DNA of 64,000 nt from Asterias rubens (GCF_902459465.1 NC_047082.1:6262001-6326000); one strand, 5' to 3'; counted from the stretch's first letter, positions 13,695-25,199 are shown. Program-made: numbers and translations. Notes: generated by a model not told the origin, from the sequence alone.

Positions 13695-15720
13695 GTTTAC
13701 AACTCGTAATAGACGTGACTTCCGTGCGTTTAATTCAACTGCTTGACGTGCCTGGGCCAGCTGAGAAGTGAACAACTATGGATCAGTTGTTGGTGGGCAA
13801 AAGAAAGCACCAGCTGTAGGTTCGCTCCCTACACCCCTGGTACGTACTGTGTGTGCTTTCACCCAAATCACCCACACAGCCAACCACGCATCACTGATTA
13901 TCAGAAGTTTGATTATCGGCCAAACCACTGCGATTTCAACATACTCGACAAAGAATCAAACAGTTTTCAGACACCTTTCAAAGTTTGACCTAGTTCCAAC
14001 AAGATCTATGTTCGGTGAAAACAAACGTAGAACCCTCCGACCCACAGCTTAATGCATTTACCATGATGGGTCAAAGGTGGCACTGCACATGCAGTTAGCT
14101 GCTGTTTTTCATGTTCGTGGTTTTTTTTAATGGAAACTCACTGCCAAAACCGAACTCAAAGTGTACCGAACGCCAAGTTCAGCTGCATTTAACTATAGCA
14201 AGTGCACATACCGTTACAAACTCGGGTGCATGTCGCATTCCTAAAAGGGAACGTTTTAAAATATCGTTAAAACCTCGGCTAAATTGACTACAACGGATCC
14301 GCCAAATCTGTAAAAAGTTAACAATAGCCTAATAGTGTTGATTTCACGTCCCACTGGCTCGTTCAATACACCACAAACACAAACTAAACCGAATGGAACT
14401 GTGTGTGAGAATTGTTCTGTGATTTTGCGACTGCACATTTATTATATTTCAAGGCTCTCTGTGGATTTGCATAATGCCGTTTGCCGATCGTATGGTGGCC
14501 CTGAAGGGACAATGAACATAACATTGACTTCAACATTCCGTTGTCCTCCACTTTCACACCTAAATAAGTATCTTTGTAGAATCCCACTTCGCCGAAAAAA
14601 AACCTCCGGGGAATTCAACTCTTGATGGCAAACTTGCCATTAGTGAAAGAGACAGCTACATGTTTGTTCCACTTTCAACAATAAGTGTTGTTTAGAATAT
14701 GTCTTTGAAAAGAACACAAAATATAAACTACGAATACTTTTAAGTAAAATAACGTTAACTCATACGAAGCATTGGGTGGCTAAGTTGTTGATGTTTTTGT
14801 TTCACTTTAACGGATACAAACTACACGGATTGTGGTTTTGTAAACGTTTTTGAAACCGTTTATCTGTCTCGATTGACTCGAGTGAAGATGATCAGATCGT
14901 ACTCAGTGAATAGCGCCCTCTTGCTTTCACATCATGTTTCGGGAATTGCGTTTTTTTAGCGGCCGGTAAAAACAGAGGGAAATGTAAAGTATGTCATGAG
15001 GTCATTTCCAAGGTTATCATTGTTCAAGAAGCTCATACTGAATGTTCAGACCCGCTCGTCTGACATTAAAGTAAGCCATTAGTTTATAGCTACAATATCT
15101 TTCACGGTTGAACTTTAAAGAGTTTCAAATGAACACGGGTCTTTGCACTTTCCATAAACATCTGATGACGTTGTAAATCTGATACTGCGAACATTAGACA
15201 AACCGATTTTGAAACAATATTTCCGCAAATTTTACCGCAAAACATGTGCATCAACTCAAATATAAAAACATTGTTTTTAGCGAGCCGCTAGCTGACGGCT
15301 GACGCCCGGATTTTGAATGTTTTTAATAAGCAATGTTTTGCTTTTTGTGGTTAGGGAATTAGGTAGGTTTAATGGTCCCTTTCCATGCCATGCCTTTCAC
15401 CCCTGTGGAACCCGATTTAAAACCCGGTTCGAACCCCGCCTAAGATTGGAACCTTGCATGTAGGTTTCAGTCCCAAACGAGTTTTCTTCCAAGACTTAAA
15501 ACTTTCTTCTTTTTTTTCCGATGTATTCTGTTATTGGGGCTTCTTGATGTCGTTGGATGCATGTGTAAATAAATAACAAAGTGAAAATAATTAAGAGCCT
15601 TGCTCGATCAATGCAATTTAAAAAAAAAAAATCTTAAAGGCACTTTCTGTTACGACCGGAAGGTATAAGTCTCGTGACTTTCCGTCAAGAGTAAAAAAAA
15701 AACAAAACACGAAGGTCTGT

Positions 15721-16110
15721 TTAAAGGAACACGTTGCCTTGGATCGGACGAGTTGGTCGTTGAAAAGCGTTTGAAACCGTTTGTTAATAAATGCAAATGG
15801 TTAGATAGATAATTTAAAAGTAGAATATAATGATCCACACAAATTTGCCTCGAAATTGCGTGGTTTTCCTTTTACTTCGCGAACTAACACGGTCGGCCAT
15901 TTATTGGAGTCAAAATTTTGACTCCCATAAATGGCCGACCGTGTTAGTCGACGAGATAAAAGGAAAACCAGGCGATTTCGAGGCATATTTGTGTAAATCA
16001 TTGTATTCTACTTTTACAACATCTTTCAAACCATATACATTTTATAACAAACGGTTACAAACGCTTTTTATAGACCAACTCGACCGATCCAAGGCAACGT
16101 GTTCCTTTAA
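15721..16110. mobile_element. Fully palindromic TTAA-flanked MITE (Kolobok-like, second family)
   Basis: TTAAAGGAACACGTTGCCTTGGATCGG ... CCGATCCAAGGCAACGTGTTCCTTTAA; the inverted symmetry runs to the centre GAGTCAAAATTTTGACTC (about 15915). Confidence 0.85.
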
Positions 16111-16575
16111 ACTCCATCAATTCCCGCATAATGCCATAACGTCGTCATCTATTGTTGCAGACTTTTAGTGCACAGACCCTGCGGCTAAAGTCATTCATCT
16201 TGATTTCGCCTGGCCCGTAAATTTGCAAAAGGTTCAATTGTTAGTTTGAATGAGAAAGGACATTATTTAAGGCTCAGACAGAGAATCGCGAATCGATGAT
16301 AAAGTCATTGTGCGTGTTGATTGTTTTACACATGACTCGGGAGTAATTTACACACATCGGTGTATGGGGGTAAAAGTCAATATATAATAATTTCTCGGAT
16401 TTTGAATCTTAACTCAAATTCACTCGTTACATGTTGACCATGCTGTATTACACATTAGTTTTCCGTACGTCCCTTTTTCGAGGGGTGGGGGAGGGGGTGC
16501 TTGTGAACACTCTTAACGTCATTCGCACACATTTACAACCTCCCTGTTTGTACTAACACGGGTTCATCAGTATGA

Positions 16576-17125
16576 AGGTCATACGTCTTATTACAGGTCA
16601 TACATCATATTACAGGTCATACGTCATATTAAAGGTCATACGTCATAGTAAAGGTCATACGTCATGATACAGGTCATACGTCATATTGCAGGTCATATGT
16701 CATATTACAGGTCATACGTCAAGGTCATACGTCATATTAAAGGTCATACATCATATTAAAGGTCATACGTCATATTACAGGTCATACGTTATATAACAGG
16801 TCATACATCATATTACAGGTCATACATCATATTAAATGTCATACGTCATATTACAGGTCATACATCATATAACAGGTCATAGGTCATATTACAGGTCATA
16901 CGTCTTAGTACAGGTATTACGCCATATTACAGGTCATACGTCATATTTAAGGTCATACCCCATATAACACAAAAGTCGTTTGTCATATTACAGGTCATAC
17001 GTCATATTAAAGGTCATTTGTCATACAACACAGGTCATCCGTCATATTACAGGTCATAACTCATACAACACAGGTCATACGTCATGTTAGAGGTCATACG
17101 TCATATTAAAGGTCATAAAGGTCAC
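16576..17125. repeat. 20-bp minisatellite (AGGTCATACGTCATATTACA)n
   Basis: Roughly 27 units with point variants, visible directly. Confidence 0.9.
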
Positions 17126-17937
17126 ACTATATTATTGTTCTGTTCGAGCAGGTTCTAAAAGACCCATTCAATCTATGCTAATGGTGAGACAAGAAATGCA
17201 ATCTGTAGCCATGGGGTTGAAGGTGAATTTGTCGACGTGTCTGTCTGTACTTGTACAATAACTATAGTGCATTCCAACAATTAATAGGCTGATGCATTCC
17301 AACAATGAATAGGCTGAAACAGCGGTCAGTGATTGAAACAAACAGCGAGTGTGTAGTTAGCATTATAGCATCTAAACTATCCTCGGTTTCAGGCGTTACA
17401 GGTAGGACCCACCCGTTTACCAGTATCAGCTTTCACTGACGGTGTTGAAGTAGAAACTGCCGATTTCGAAGCAGTGGTTCCCAAGAAGGCAACATTTCAG
17501 ACAGACTGTTGTGCCAAAAATGTGTTGTTTTTGATGATTGTATCTGATGATCTGACCAACAATCTGGGTGTTGTTGGAGCGCTTTCCCAGTGAAAACGTA
17601 CAACCTATGATCGTTGAACTACTGCACAGCAAAGCGGACACACAATGGGTTGTTTTTTGTACATGACTGCATGTCCCCATGAAAAGCATGGCCATTGACC
17701 TCAACTTGAGAAGTAACCTGTCATATAGATTGTCTTAACACCTGCAGCCACATCTGCCGGGGGAGGCTGAAACAGCAAACAGTTGTTTTTTTGCTTCCCT
17801 CTTTAGTAATAGCAAATTTACGATTTCAGTAGTTTTTTCCATAGAATATTATAATGCAATGATTAATTTAGCAAATGATACAATAAAACACCCACAAGTC
17901 TGTATTGTTATAGAGGGCCCTGTCACTTGAGGTAACT

Positions 17938-18154
17938 TTTACAAGCAACCTAAAGGCAAACGCAGTGCTTTACATGAGCAACCTAAAGGCAAACACGCAG
18001 TGCTTTACATGAGCAACCTAAAGGCAAACACGCAGTGCTTTACATGAGCAACCTAAAGGCAAACACGCAGTGCTTTACATGAGCAACCTAAAGGCAAACA
18101 CGCAGTGCTTTACATGAGCAACCTAAAGGCAAACACGCAGTGCTTTACATGAGC
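17938..18154. repeat. 35-bp tandem repeat, ~6 copies
   Basis: Unit GAGCAACCTAAAGGCAAACACGCAGTGCTTTACAT, nearly identical copies. Confidence 0.9.
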
Positions 18155-18439
18155 ACTTCGGTGTCACACCAATAGATTTTCAAACAATGTCAAACGAACC
18201 CAAAGAAAAAATTGTGAATTCAAATATGAAGCCTTTATTTCATTGAGATGGCCTGGAACTGGTTGTCTATAAAAAGTGCCTCGTGATTTACTAGTTAGAC
18301 TCATCATAAAAACTCATATTAAGCGGGCTTTCTGTGCTTTTTAATGTTAGGTCTGAAGTAAAATAAAAACTCGATAACTTAAAAGAAACACTCTATTGTA
18401 TAATAATGTGGTTAAGGATAACAATATTAACAACTTCAC

Positions 18440-18784
18440 CTCGAAAGCACTGGTAACCCGCAGACGGTAGAATATAGGAAGGAAACATCGAGATGTCCAG
18501 AGACCAGTGAGAATGTAGCTAGGTGCATAAAGCCAATACATGCAGCCATGGATGTAGTTCTCAGCCGGTGTCCCTAGGAAGGTGATTGCAGATATGAAAC
18601 TAGCAACCAAGGAAATCGACACAGGTATTGGATTCATGTTGCGATTTGCCATGAGGAATTCATTGGTTGTTTTCTGCTTGCCACCGGTGCATGCATGGTA
18701 TACGCCAATACCGCACGCTACCATCAGGGTACAGGCACATACTGCGTAATCCGCCGGCTGAAATGTTGTATTTACTTCAGACAT
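18440..18784 (-). CDS. Second copy of the SLC5 first coding exon (exon 1b; N-terminal TM segments)
   Basis: Open frame MSEVNTTF...TSAFE followed by a GTGAAG donor in phase 0, the same boundary as the 13347 exon. About 78% aa identity (82/105 from ADY onward) to the 13347-13694 exon. Acceptor-like ttccacAG at 18829-18831. Confidence 0.88.
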
Positions 18785-19052
18785 TTTGCTCTACGATGCT
18801 TTGGCCTTCGTGAAATTGTTGAAGCAACCTGTGGAATAAATGAGACAAACAAATGAACAATTGTCTGCCCAATATGTTTCGTTATAATACATTTCAGCAA
18901 TAATCCGATTTATCGGAATTACATTATTTCATCGATAAGTCAAACACAAACAGCAAGAGTCCACGGAGGCCATGGTAGTGCCAAGCGCGTGCACGTGTTT
19001 TATACAATGTGTCTTGCGATTATATGCCGGCTGCCATACATTTAAACCATAG

Positions 19053-19666
19053 TGTGATGAATCAATATTTTATGATACCCATGGGCATTTCGTTAATTAC
19101 GGTGATAAAAAGTTTGTTGAATGACTTTGGTAAACGATAGAGGGCGCCATTGTACTTAAACGGTAGTCGCACGGATACAAATGTCAAGGATGTAAAAAGG
19201 CATAACTTTTTGGATTATTTTATCTGAGAAAGAATTTGGGTCTCAATCTTGTCTTTATTCTTGTATGTAATGTAATTGTACCCGTTATTACAAATATTCA
19301 CTATGCTATTTTCAATATTCAGCTCATTATAGGTGAGTTTGGTAATTAATCAGTGTGTAGCGTAGTAATTTTAGCCGGGTTAGGCGGAGGGGTCTATTTG
19401 TTGCGTCCTTTTTCGTTGTTGGTCTCTAAATGAGTGTCACGTATGACAATGATGAGAGGGTAAAATCCAACATTCGGGGTGGAGGAAGAAGTTGGAGAGA
19501 CCCGCTCATGGAGCCAGTTTGATTGCCAATAAATAGAGGAACGGATCGGTTGGTTTTCTTCGGATGGTGAATAAATCTGTCAGCAGAGTAACGTATCAGT
19601 GAGCAACCCAAAAACAAGGTGTCAGGCCTTCCTTAATTGTCTCCGGACTGATAACAAAACACTACA
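19053..19666 (+). repeat. 5' LTR (614 bp)
   Basis: TGTGATGAAT...ACACTACA; differs from the 3' LTR at one position I could find (G19284 vs A26809); AATAAA at about 19528 and 19570. Confidence 0.96.
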
Positions 19667-19670
19667 AATT

Positions 19671-19687
19671 TGGTAACACGGATGGGG
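19671..19687 (+). promoter_or_regulatory. Primer-binding site
   Basis: TGGTAACACGGATGGGG, 4 nt after the LTR end, complementary to a tRNA 3' end CCCCAUCCGUGUUACCA. tRNA identity unverified (Leu-like is a guess). Confidence 0.7.
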
Positions 19688-20172
19688 TTGCTTTAATCTG
19701 CTGCTTTGCTGGTTGTCGTCCAGTACATTGAGGGCATTGGCCGAGTTCTGAAGAGGGAGTGAGGATCCAAGTGGAGGACAGCGACTGGAATAGCCTGTGG
19801 CAGTGCAAGTGGAGAAGCCCGGTGGCGGTAGTGCTGTTGGACCCTTTTGGAGCTACGAACTCAACCTTTACATGTGCATGTACATGTGAAATCTAATGAC
19901 TCTGAACTGAACTGGACTGAACTGGTTGATCAGCAGTGAGGTGGGATTATGCGATTCAATTCGCACATTGTTGGTAGGATTTAGATAGGCCTATATATAG
20001 TTTGTTAGTCAGTAAATATTACCTGATAATGTATAGGTGTTAGTTTTATTCCTAGTGAAAACCAACCGGTCCTGTTGAAGCAAATTTACCTGGGTTTAGG
20101 TGTTTATGACTTAATTTTGATTGTACAAATTGGTTAGCCTTCAATAACTGAATCATAATTTCTTGACTCACA

Positions 20173-21279
20173 ATGGCCGTACCAGAGGCTGATCTTGTGA
20201 CGCGCTTGGTCGCAGGGCTGACCGAGGCACTTCGGCAAGATAAACCGAAGAATGTCATTCAGAGGCCCTTGAAGTTGGGTAAATACTATGGTAGGCCTAG
20301 TAAACCGGGAGATCCGACCATTATTGAATGGCTTGAAGATGCAGAGGTTTATCTGCAACAATGTCGTATCCCTGAGGTAGATAGGGCTAAAGTGGTTGTC
20401 CACCACCTCGCGGGTGTTGCTCGCGATGAGATCAAATGCCACAATGAGAATGTAACGGGTGACTATGCAGCGCTAAAAAAACTCCTTCGGCGTCAGTTTG
20501 GGGCAGAGGAGTCAGTACAGGCCCTGCAGAAGGCCTTTTTTGAAAGACGGCAAAGGGAAGACGAATCCCTTATGGATTTTTCCCGCTCGCTCATGCGAAT
20601 GCATGATCGGATTTTAGAGGTTGCTACAGAAACAGAGAAAGATGCATTGAAGGGTTTGAGAGATAGGGTTTTGATTGGGCAGTTTGTGGCGGGCGCAAGG
20701 AATCAAGGTGTCAGGCTTGAGCTGAGGCGCTTAGAGTTGGCTGAACCGGATCAGGATTTTACCGAAATGAGGGATTCAGCTCGCGAGTTGTTCAGAGATC
20801 TAGAGGAGTACCCTCGGGGTTCTCGACGTGGTGCAAGTGTGCACTTGCATCACCTAGGTACAGAAAATGATCTGAATAGTGACGAGCCAGTGGCTGATGC
20901 TAATGTTAGCATTAACCAAGTAGTTAACAAGTCCCAAGGGGACACACAGTTGCAAACAGTGTTGCAACAACAACAAGAGATTCTTAAATGTATGCAAACA
21001 CAGCAAGAAACTCTTTGCAAACAGCAGGAACAGATAACTACGCTTATGCAAGCAGTGGTGAAACAAAGTGGGACGGTAACTAGCCAGGGCATGTATGAAG
21101 GCTCAGGAAGGCGGCAGGACAGGCCCCCGATTCGCTGTTTTTATTGTAAACGCCCAGGTCACATGAAGCATGAGTGTAAACTTCGTATGGCTCACGAAAA
21201 AGCGAATGGGGGGCAAGGGCAGGCTATGGGAGATGCACAAAACACAGGGTCGGGAAACCAGACTTCTCTGCCACTGTAG
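20173..21279 (+). CDS. gag: Gag (capsid region resembling PNMA-type gags, plus CCHC zinc knuckle), 368 aa
   Basis: WLEDAEVYL...HHLAGVARDEIK capsid-like region, Q-rich coiled segment, CFYCKRPGHMKHEC (CX2CX4HX4C). Confidence 0.93.
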   Translation: MAVPEADLVTRLVAGLTEALRQDKPKNVIQRPLKLGKYYGRPSKPGDPTIIEWLEDAEVYLQQCRIPEVDRAKVVVHHLAGVARDEIKCHNENVTGDYAALKKLLRRQFGAEESVQALQKAFFERRQREDESLMDFSRSLMRMHDRILEVATETEKDALKGLRDRVLIGQFVAGARNQGVRLELRRLELAEPDQDFTEMRDSARELFRDLEEYPRGSRRGASVHLHHLGTENDLNSDEPVADANVSINQVVNKSQGDTQLQTVLQQQQEILKCMQTQQETLCKQQEQITTLMQAVVKQSGTVTSQGMYEGSGRRQDRPPIRCFYCKRPGHMKHECKLRMAHEKANGGQGQAMGDAQNTGSGNQTSLPL

Positions 21280-21284
21280 GCCGA

Positions 21285-24200
21285 GTGACAGAGGAACAAT
21301 CTGGAAAGGCCTCACCAGTTGGAAGTGTAACAGAGAAGTCTTATGAAGACATACTAACCAGTCTAGTAAAAGAGAGCCCCAAGGCTCATATTGCTTTGGC
21401 TGGAGTGCCAGTGGAATGTATCCTCGATACCGGGGCAGAGACTTCTCTGATTAGCGCCTCTTTTTATAGGGATCACCTTGCAGGGAAATTGAGTGGAGTC
21501 AAAACTCTAGGTACTTACCTGCGTGTGTTTGGGGCAGGGAATAGTGAGGTACCAATTGAGGGGTACATACATGCCCCACTGATGGTACATAACCAGACTA
21601 TTGATGCACATTTTTTGGTGGTCAAAGAATTTCCTAAGGGTGAGGCAGGGAATCATAAAAGTTTTCCAGTATTGTTGGGTTGCAATGTCCTTCATAAGCT
21701 GAAGGATATAGAGGTTGATTTAGAACAAAAAGATGCAGATGCATGGACAATGGCCATTAATTGGTATAGTCTGACTAAAAACCCAGTAGTTGAGGGGTCA
21801 CATGGGGCAAATAAGTGTGTACGGGACCCACTGGGTGCTCGTACAGGTAGAAATCCAGTACATTTGTTGCCTAGGGAAGTGCGTAGTATAACCTGCTATG
21901 TTCAGGCTAATCAAAGTAGCCTTGACGGGCAAACTGTCCTTGTTGAGGGTCTATCTAGCTGTGCAGATAGTGGAGGTCAAACCAGTAACATAGATGGAAA
22001 TTGCCGCGTTTACGATCTGTGTACAGTAGTTAGTGGTAGAACTGTAAATGTGTTGGTAGCGAATGTAGGGATGCGGGTGATTGAATTGTCCCCACACACA
22101 AAGCTTGCTTACGTGACTGAGGTATCCTCAAAGACAAATGTTGCACTTGAGACGGGTGTGGATTGTGTTCATGTTGTAGTGAATCATTGTCTGTCAGAGT
22201 CTGGGGAATATTTAGACACTGGTCGTACTGAGGGAGCCCCTGGTGTCGATTCCAATGAGTTAGACATTGAGATGGGGGATGCTGTAGAGTCACGGGCAAG
22301 AGAGTTGTATGTGTTTGAGGATGGGTCAGAGTACCAACTTCCTTATGGATTAAGTCTTGATTTATGCGCTGATTTGTGTAAGGAAGACCAGGACAAAATT
22401 GTGCAATTAATTCAGAAACATGATAAGGTGTTCTCGCGGAATTCGTTGGATTTAGGACTTTGTGATAAGGTTCCCCACAAGATTGACACTACTGATGATA
22501 AATCAATTAGCCAGCCTTACAGACGAATTCCGCCGCAACATTTTAGAGAAGTTAGGGAATTACTCCAGAAGTTTCTTGATCAAGGTATCATACAAAAGAG
22601 TAAAAGCCCCTATGCCAGCCCCATTGTATTGGTCCAAAAGAAGGATGGGTCGCTAAGGATTTGTGTTGATTATAGGAGGCTTAATGCCAAAACAGTACGA
22701 GACTCATTTCCATTGCCTCGTATCGAGGAGTCGCTGGAGGCGCTCCAGGGTGCAAGGTACTTTTCTTCATTAGATTTAGCCCATGGATACCATCAGGTTG
22801 TAATGGACTCAGAATCAATAAGTAAAACTGCATTCAGAGTACCTTTTGGGCTGTTCGAATATACGAGAATGCCGTTCGGGCTGGTAAATGCCCCTGGAAC
22901 CTTTCAGAGAGTGATGGAGATGTGCCTTGGTGACTTGAATTTATCAGAGCTTTTAATCTATTTAGATGACATCCTGGTATATTCCTCTACGGTACAGGAA
23001 CACATAGATAGGCTTGACAGAGTCTTCACTAGATTGGCAGATTTTGGACTTAAGTTCAAGGGTGCAAAGTGCAAGTTATTTCGTAGGCATGTGTCTTACT
23101 TAGGACATGTGGTAGGGCCAGAGGGTGTTGCAGTAGACAATGACAAGATTAAGAGAATTGAGGATTGGCCAATACCTAAGACAGGGGCACAATTGCGGTC
23201 ATTTCTTGGTCTGGCCGGTTATTACCGGCGCTTTGTACCCGGCTTTTCAAAAATTGCCGCACCCTTGCATGCTTTAGTGCCCTCATTGGCTAAGGGAAAT
23301 TCGAGATCCAAACCTTCGCCATTTTGTTGGAGTTCTGAGGCACAGGTGGCCTTTGATACATTAAAGCAGACCTTGACGCAAGCACCAGTGCTTGCATATC
23401 CAGATTTTTCTAGGCCATTTGTGTTGGAGATAGATGCCTCCTTGCAGGGTTTAGGAGCTTGTTTAGCTCAGTGCGACAAGGAAGGCAAGAGACATCCAGT
23501 TGCATTTGCTAGTCGGGGGCTGAGGGGGGCTGAAGCTAGGTACCCCGATTTTAGTTCTTTTAAGTTGGAGCTTTTGTCCCTAAAATGGGCTGTGGTTGAT
23601 AAATTTAGAGATTATCTCCTTGGGGTACCATTTACAGTGCTAACAGATAATAACCCCTTATCTTATCTACAGACAGCTAAGTTGGGCGCATGTGAAATGC
23701 GCTGGATAGCACAACTTGCAGCTTTTACCTTTGATGTGAAATTTAGATCAGGGGCTAGTAATCGTGTAGCGGATGCACTAAGTCGCAACCCAAGTCACTC
23801 ACTAACAGGGGAAGTTGAGGAAATACTGCAATGTAAGGTCCACTCCACAGTGGTTCCATTGCAACATATAGAGGTACATAAGGTATTAACTTCTCATGAT
23901 ACAAAGGCTGGACCTCCACAGGTTAAGTGTCAATCAGGTATTTTCCCATCGTGGACACCAGAGCAGCTGTCTGCCCTACAAAGGGCTGATCCAGTGCTGA
24001 AGTGTATCTGGGAACGTTGGGATCAAGGTTGGAAACCGAATGAAGTTTTTCAGGCTGAAAGGGAGGAGCCAGTAGAAATCAAATCGTGGTTGTGGCAGTG
24101 GCCCAGGTTCATAGAAAAGGATGGTGTTTTACATCGTCGTGTCATGGACCCATTGCATGGTGAACTAGATCAAGTACTGATGCCCACAAGTTTACAACAG

Positions 24201-25199
24201 AGGGTGTTAGAGGGTTGTCATGATGGGTGGGGGCATCAAGGTGTTGTGAGAACGTGTGCCCTCCTGAGGCGGCGGGTGTTTTGGCCCAAAATGGCTGGTT
24301 CAGTGCGTCGGCATATCGGTCATTGTGAACAATGTGTAATCTCTAAGGCGTCAGAGCCTCAAGCAAAAGTGCCAATGCGGCACCTTTTAGCATTTCGACC
24401 ACTCGAAGTGCTAGCCATAGATTTTGTCAAAATTGATCGAGGGGCAGGAGGCTATGAGGATGTTCTGGTCATGACCGACATCTATACAAAATTTGTACAG
24501 GCATATCCGTGTAAGGATCAACATGCAGTAACTGTTGCCAAAGTCTTGAGGAATCAGTGGTTTTCCAAATATGGAATACCTTGTCGTTTGCACAGCGACC
24601 AGGGTCGGAATTTTGAAGGGGAAGTTGTGAGGGAATTGTGTGCATTGTACGGCATGAAAAAGACCAGAACAACTCCTTACCACCCCGAGGGGAACGCTCA
24701 AACAGAGCGCTTCAACCGGACTCTGTTTGGACTCATTAAGTCCATGGATGAGCGGGATAGGCGGAGGTGGCCTGACCTTTTACAGCACCTTGTATTTGTG
24801 TATAATGCTACTCCGCATTGCACCACTGGAGTAGCGCCGTATTTGCTTATGTTTGGTAGGGAACCATTGATACCTCTAGACCAGATGTTGGGGAGAACTG
24901 ATAACGATTGGGATCAAGATTTTGTCAGAGAACAATCTTCTTTGCTCTCTAGAGCTAGTGAGTTAGTAAAGGAACGAGTAGCAAAAAGCTGCAATCGCAA
25001 CAAGGCTACTTATGATAGGAAAGTAAAACCTAGCAAACCTATTGAGATTGGGTCCCATGTTCTACTCAGAAAATGCGCATTCAAGGGACGCCACAAACTG
25101 GCTGACAAGTTTGAAAGAGACCCATATGTGGTCGTTTGGATAAATGAGCATAGCGATGTATTTCGTATCCGTCCCTTGAAGGGGGCCCAGAAAGAGTAG
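21285..25199 (+). CDS. pol: Pol polyprotein (protease, RT, RNase H, integrase); -1 frame relative to gag
   Basis: Protease ILDTGAETS; RT CVDYRRLN, LPRIEE, YLDD; RNase H EIDAS...ELL...TDNNPL...ADALSR; integrase HDGWGH/CEQC and AIDF-HSDQG-TERFNRTL. The frame is open upstream through the GGGAAAC slip site at 21252. Confidence 0.96.
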   Translation: MTEEQSGKASPVGSVTEKSYEDILTSLVKESPKAHIALAGVPVECILDTGAETSLISASFYRDHLAGKLSGVKTLGTYLRVFGAGNSEVPIEGYIHAPLMVHNQTIDAHFLVVKEFPKGEAGNHKSFPVLLGCNVLHKLKDIEVDLEQKDADAWTMAINWYSLTKNPVVEGSHGANKCVRDPLGARTGRNPVHLLPREVRSITCYVQANQSSLDGQTVLVEGLSSCADSGGQTSNIDGNCRVYDLCTVVSGRTVNVLVANVGMRVIELSPHTKLAYVTEVSSKTNVALETGVDCVHVVVNHCLSESGEYLDTGRTEGAPGVDSNELDIEMGDAVESRARELYVFEDGSEYQLPYGLSLDLCADLCKEDQDKIVQLIQKHDKVFSRNSLDLGLCDKVPHKIDTTDDKSISQPYRRIPPQHFREVRELLQKFLDQGIIQKSKSPYASPIVLVQKKDGSLRICVDYRRLNAKTVRDSFPLPRIEESLEALQGARYFSSLDLAHGYHQVVMDSESISKTAFRVPFGLFEYTRMPFGLVNAPGTFQRVMEMCLGDLNLSELLIYLDDILVYSSTVQEHIDRLDRVFTRLADFGLKFKGAKCKLFRRHVSYLGHVVGPEGVAVDNDKIKRIEDWPIPKTGAQLRSFLGLAGYYRRFVPGFSKIAAPLHALVPSLAKGNSRSKPSPFCWSSEAQVAFDTLKQTLTQAPVLAYPDFSRPFVLEIDASLQGLGACLAQCDKEGKRHPVAFASRGLRGAEARYPDFSSFKLELLSLKWAVVDKFRDYLLGVPFTVLTDNNPLSYLQTAKLGACEMRWIAQLAAFTFDVKFRSGASNRVADALSRNPSHSLTGEVEEILQCKVHSTVVPLQHIEVHKVLTSHDTKAGPPQVKCQSGIFPSWTPEQLSALQRADPVLKCIWERWDQGWKPNEVFQAEREEPVEIKSWLWQWPRFIEKDGVLHRRVMDPLHGELDQVLMPTSLQQRVLEGCHDGWGHQGVVRTCALLRRRVFWPKMAGSVRRHIGHCEQCVISKASEPQAKVPMRHLLAFRPLEVLAIDFVKIDRGAGGYEDVLVMTDIYTKFVQAYPCKDQHAVTVAKVLRNQWFSKYGIPCRLHSDQGRNFEGEVVRELCALYGMKKTRTTPYHPEGNAQTERFNRTLFGLIKSMDERDRRRWPDLLQHLVFVYNATPHCTTGVAPYLLMFGREPLIPLDQMLGRTDNDWDQDFVREQSSLLSRASELVKERVAKSCNRNKATYDRKVKPSKPIEIGSHVLLRKCAFKGRHKLADKFERDPYVVVWINEHSDVFRIRPLKGAQKE

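Noticed and set aside
17440-17700. Plus-strand KNVLFLMIVSDDL resembling a sulfatase N-terminus, and a Cys-rich minus-strand ORF
   Set aside because: The frame closes within a few codons, there is no CxPSR motif or further exons, and chance similarity is likely.
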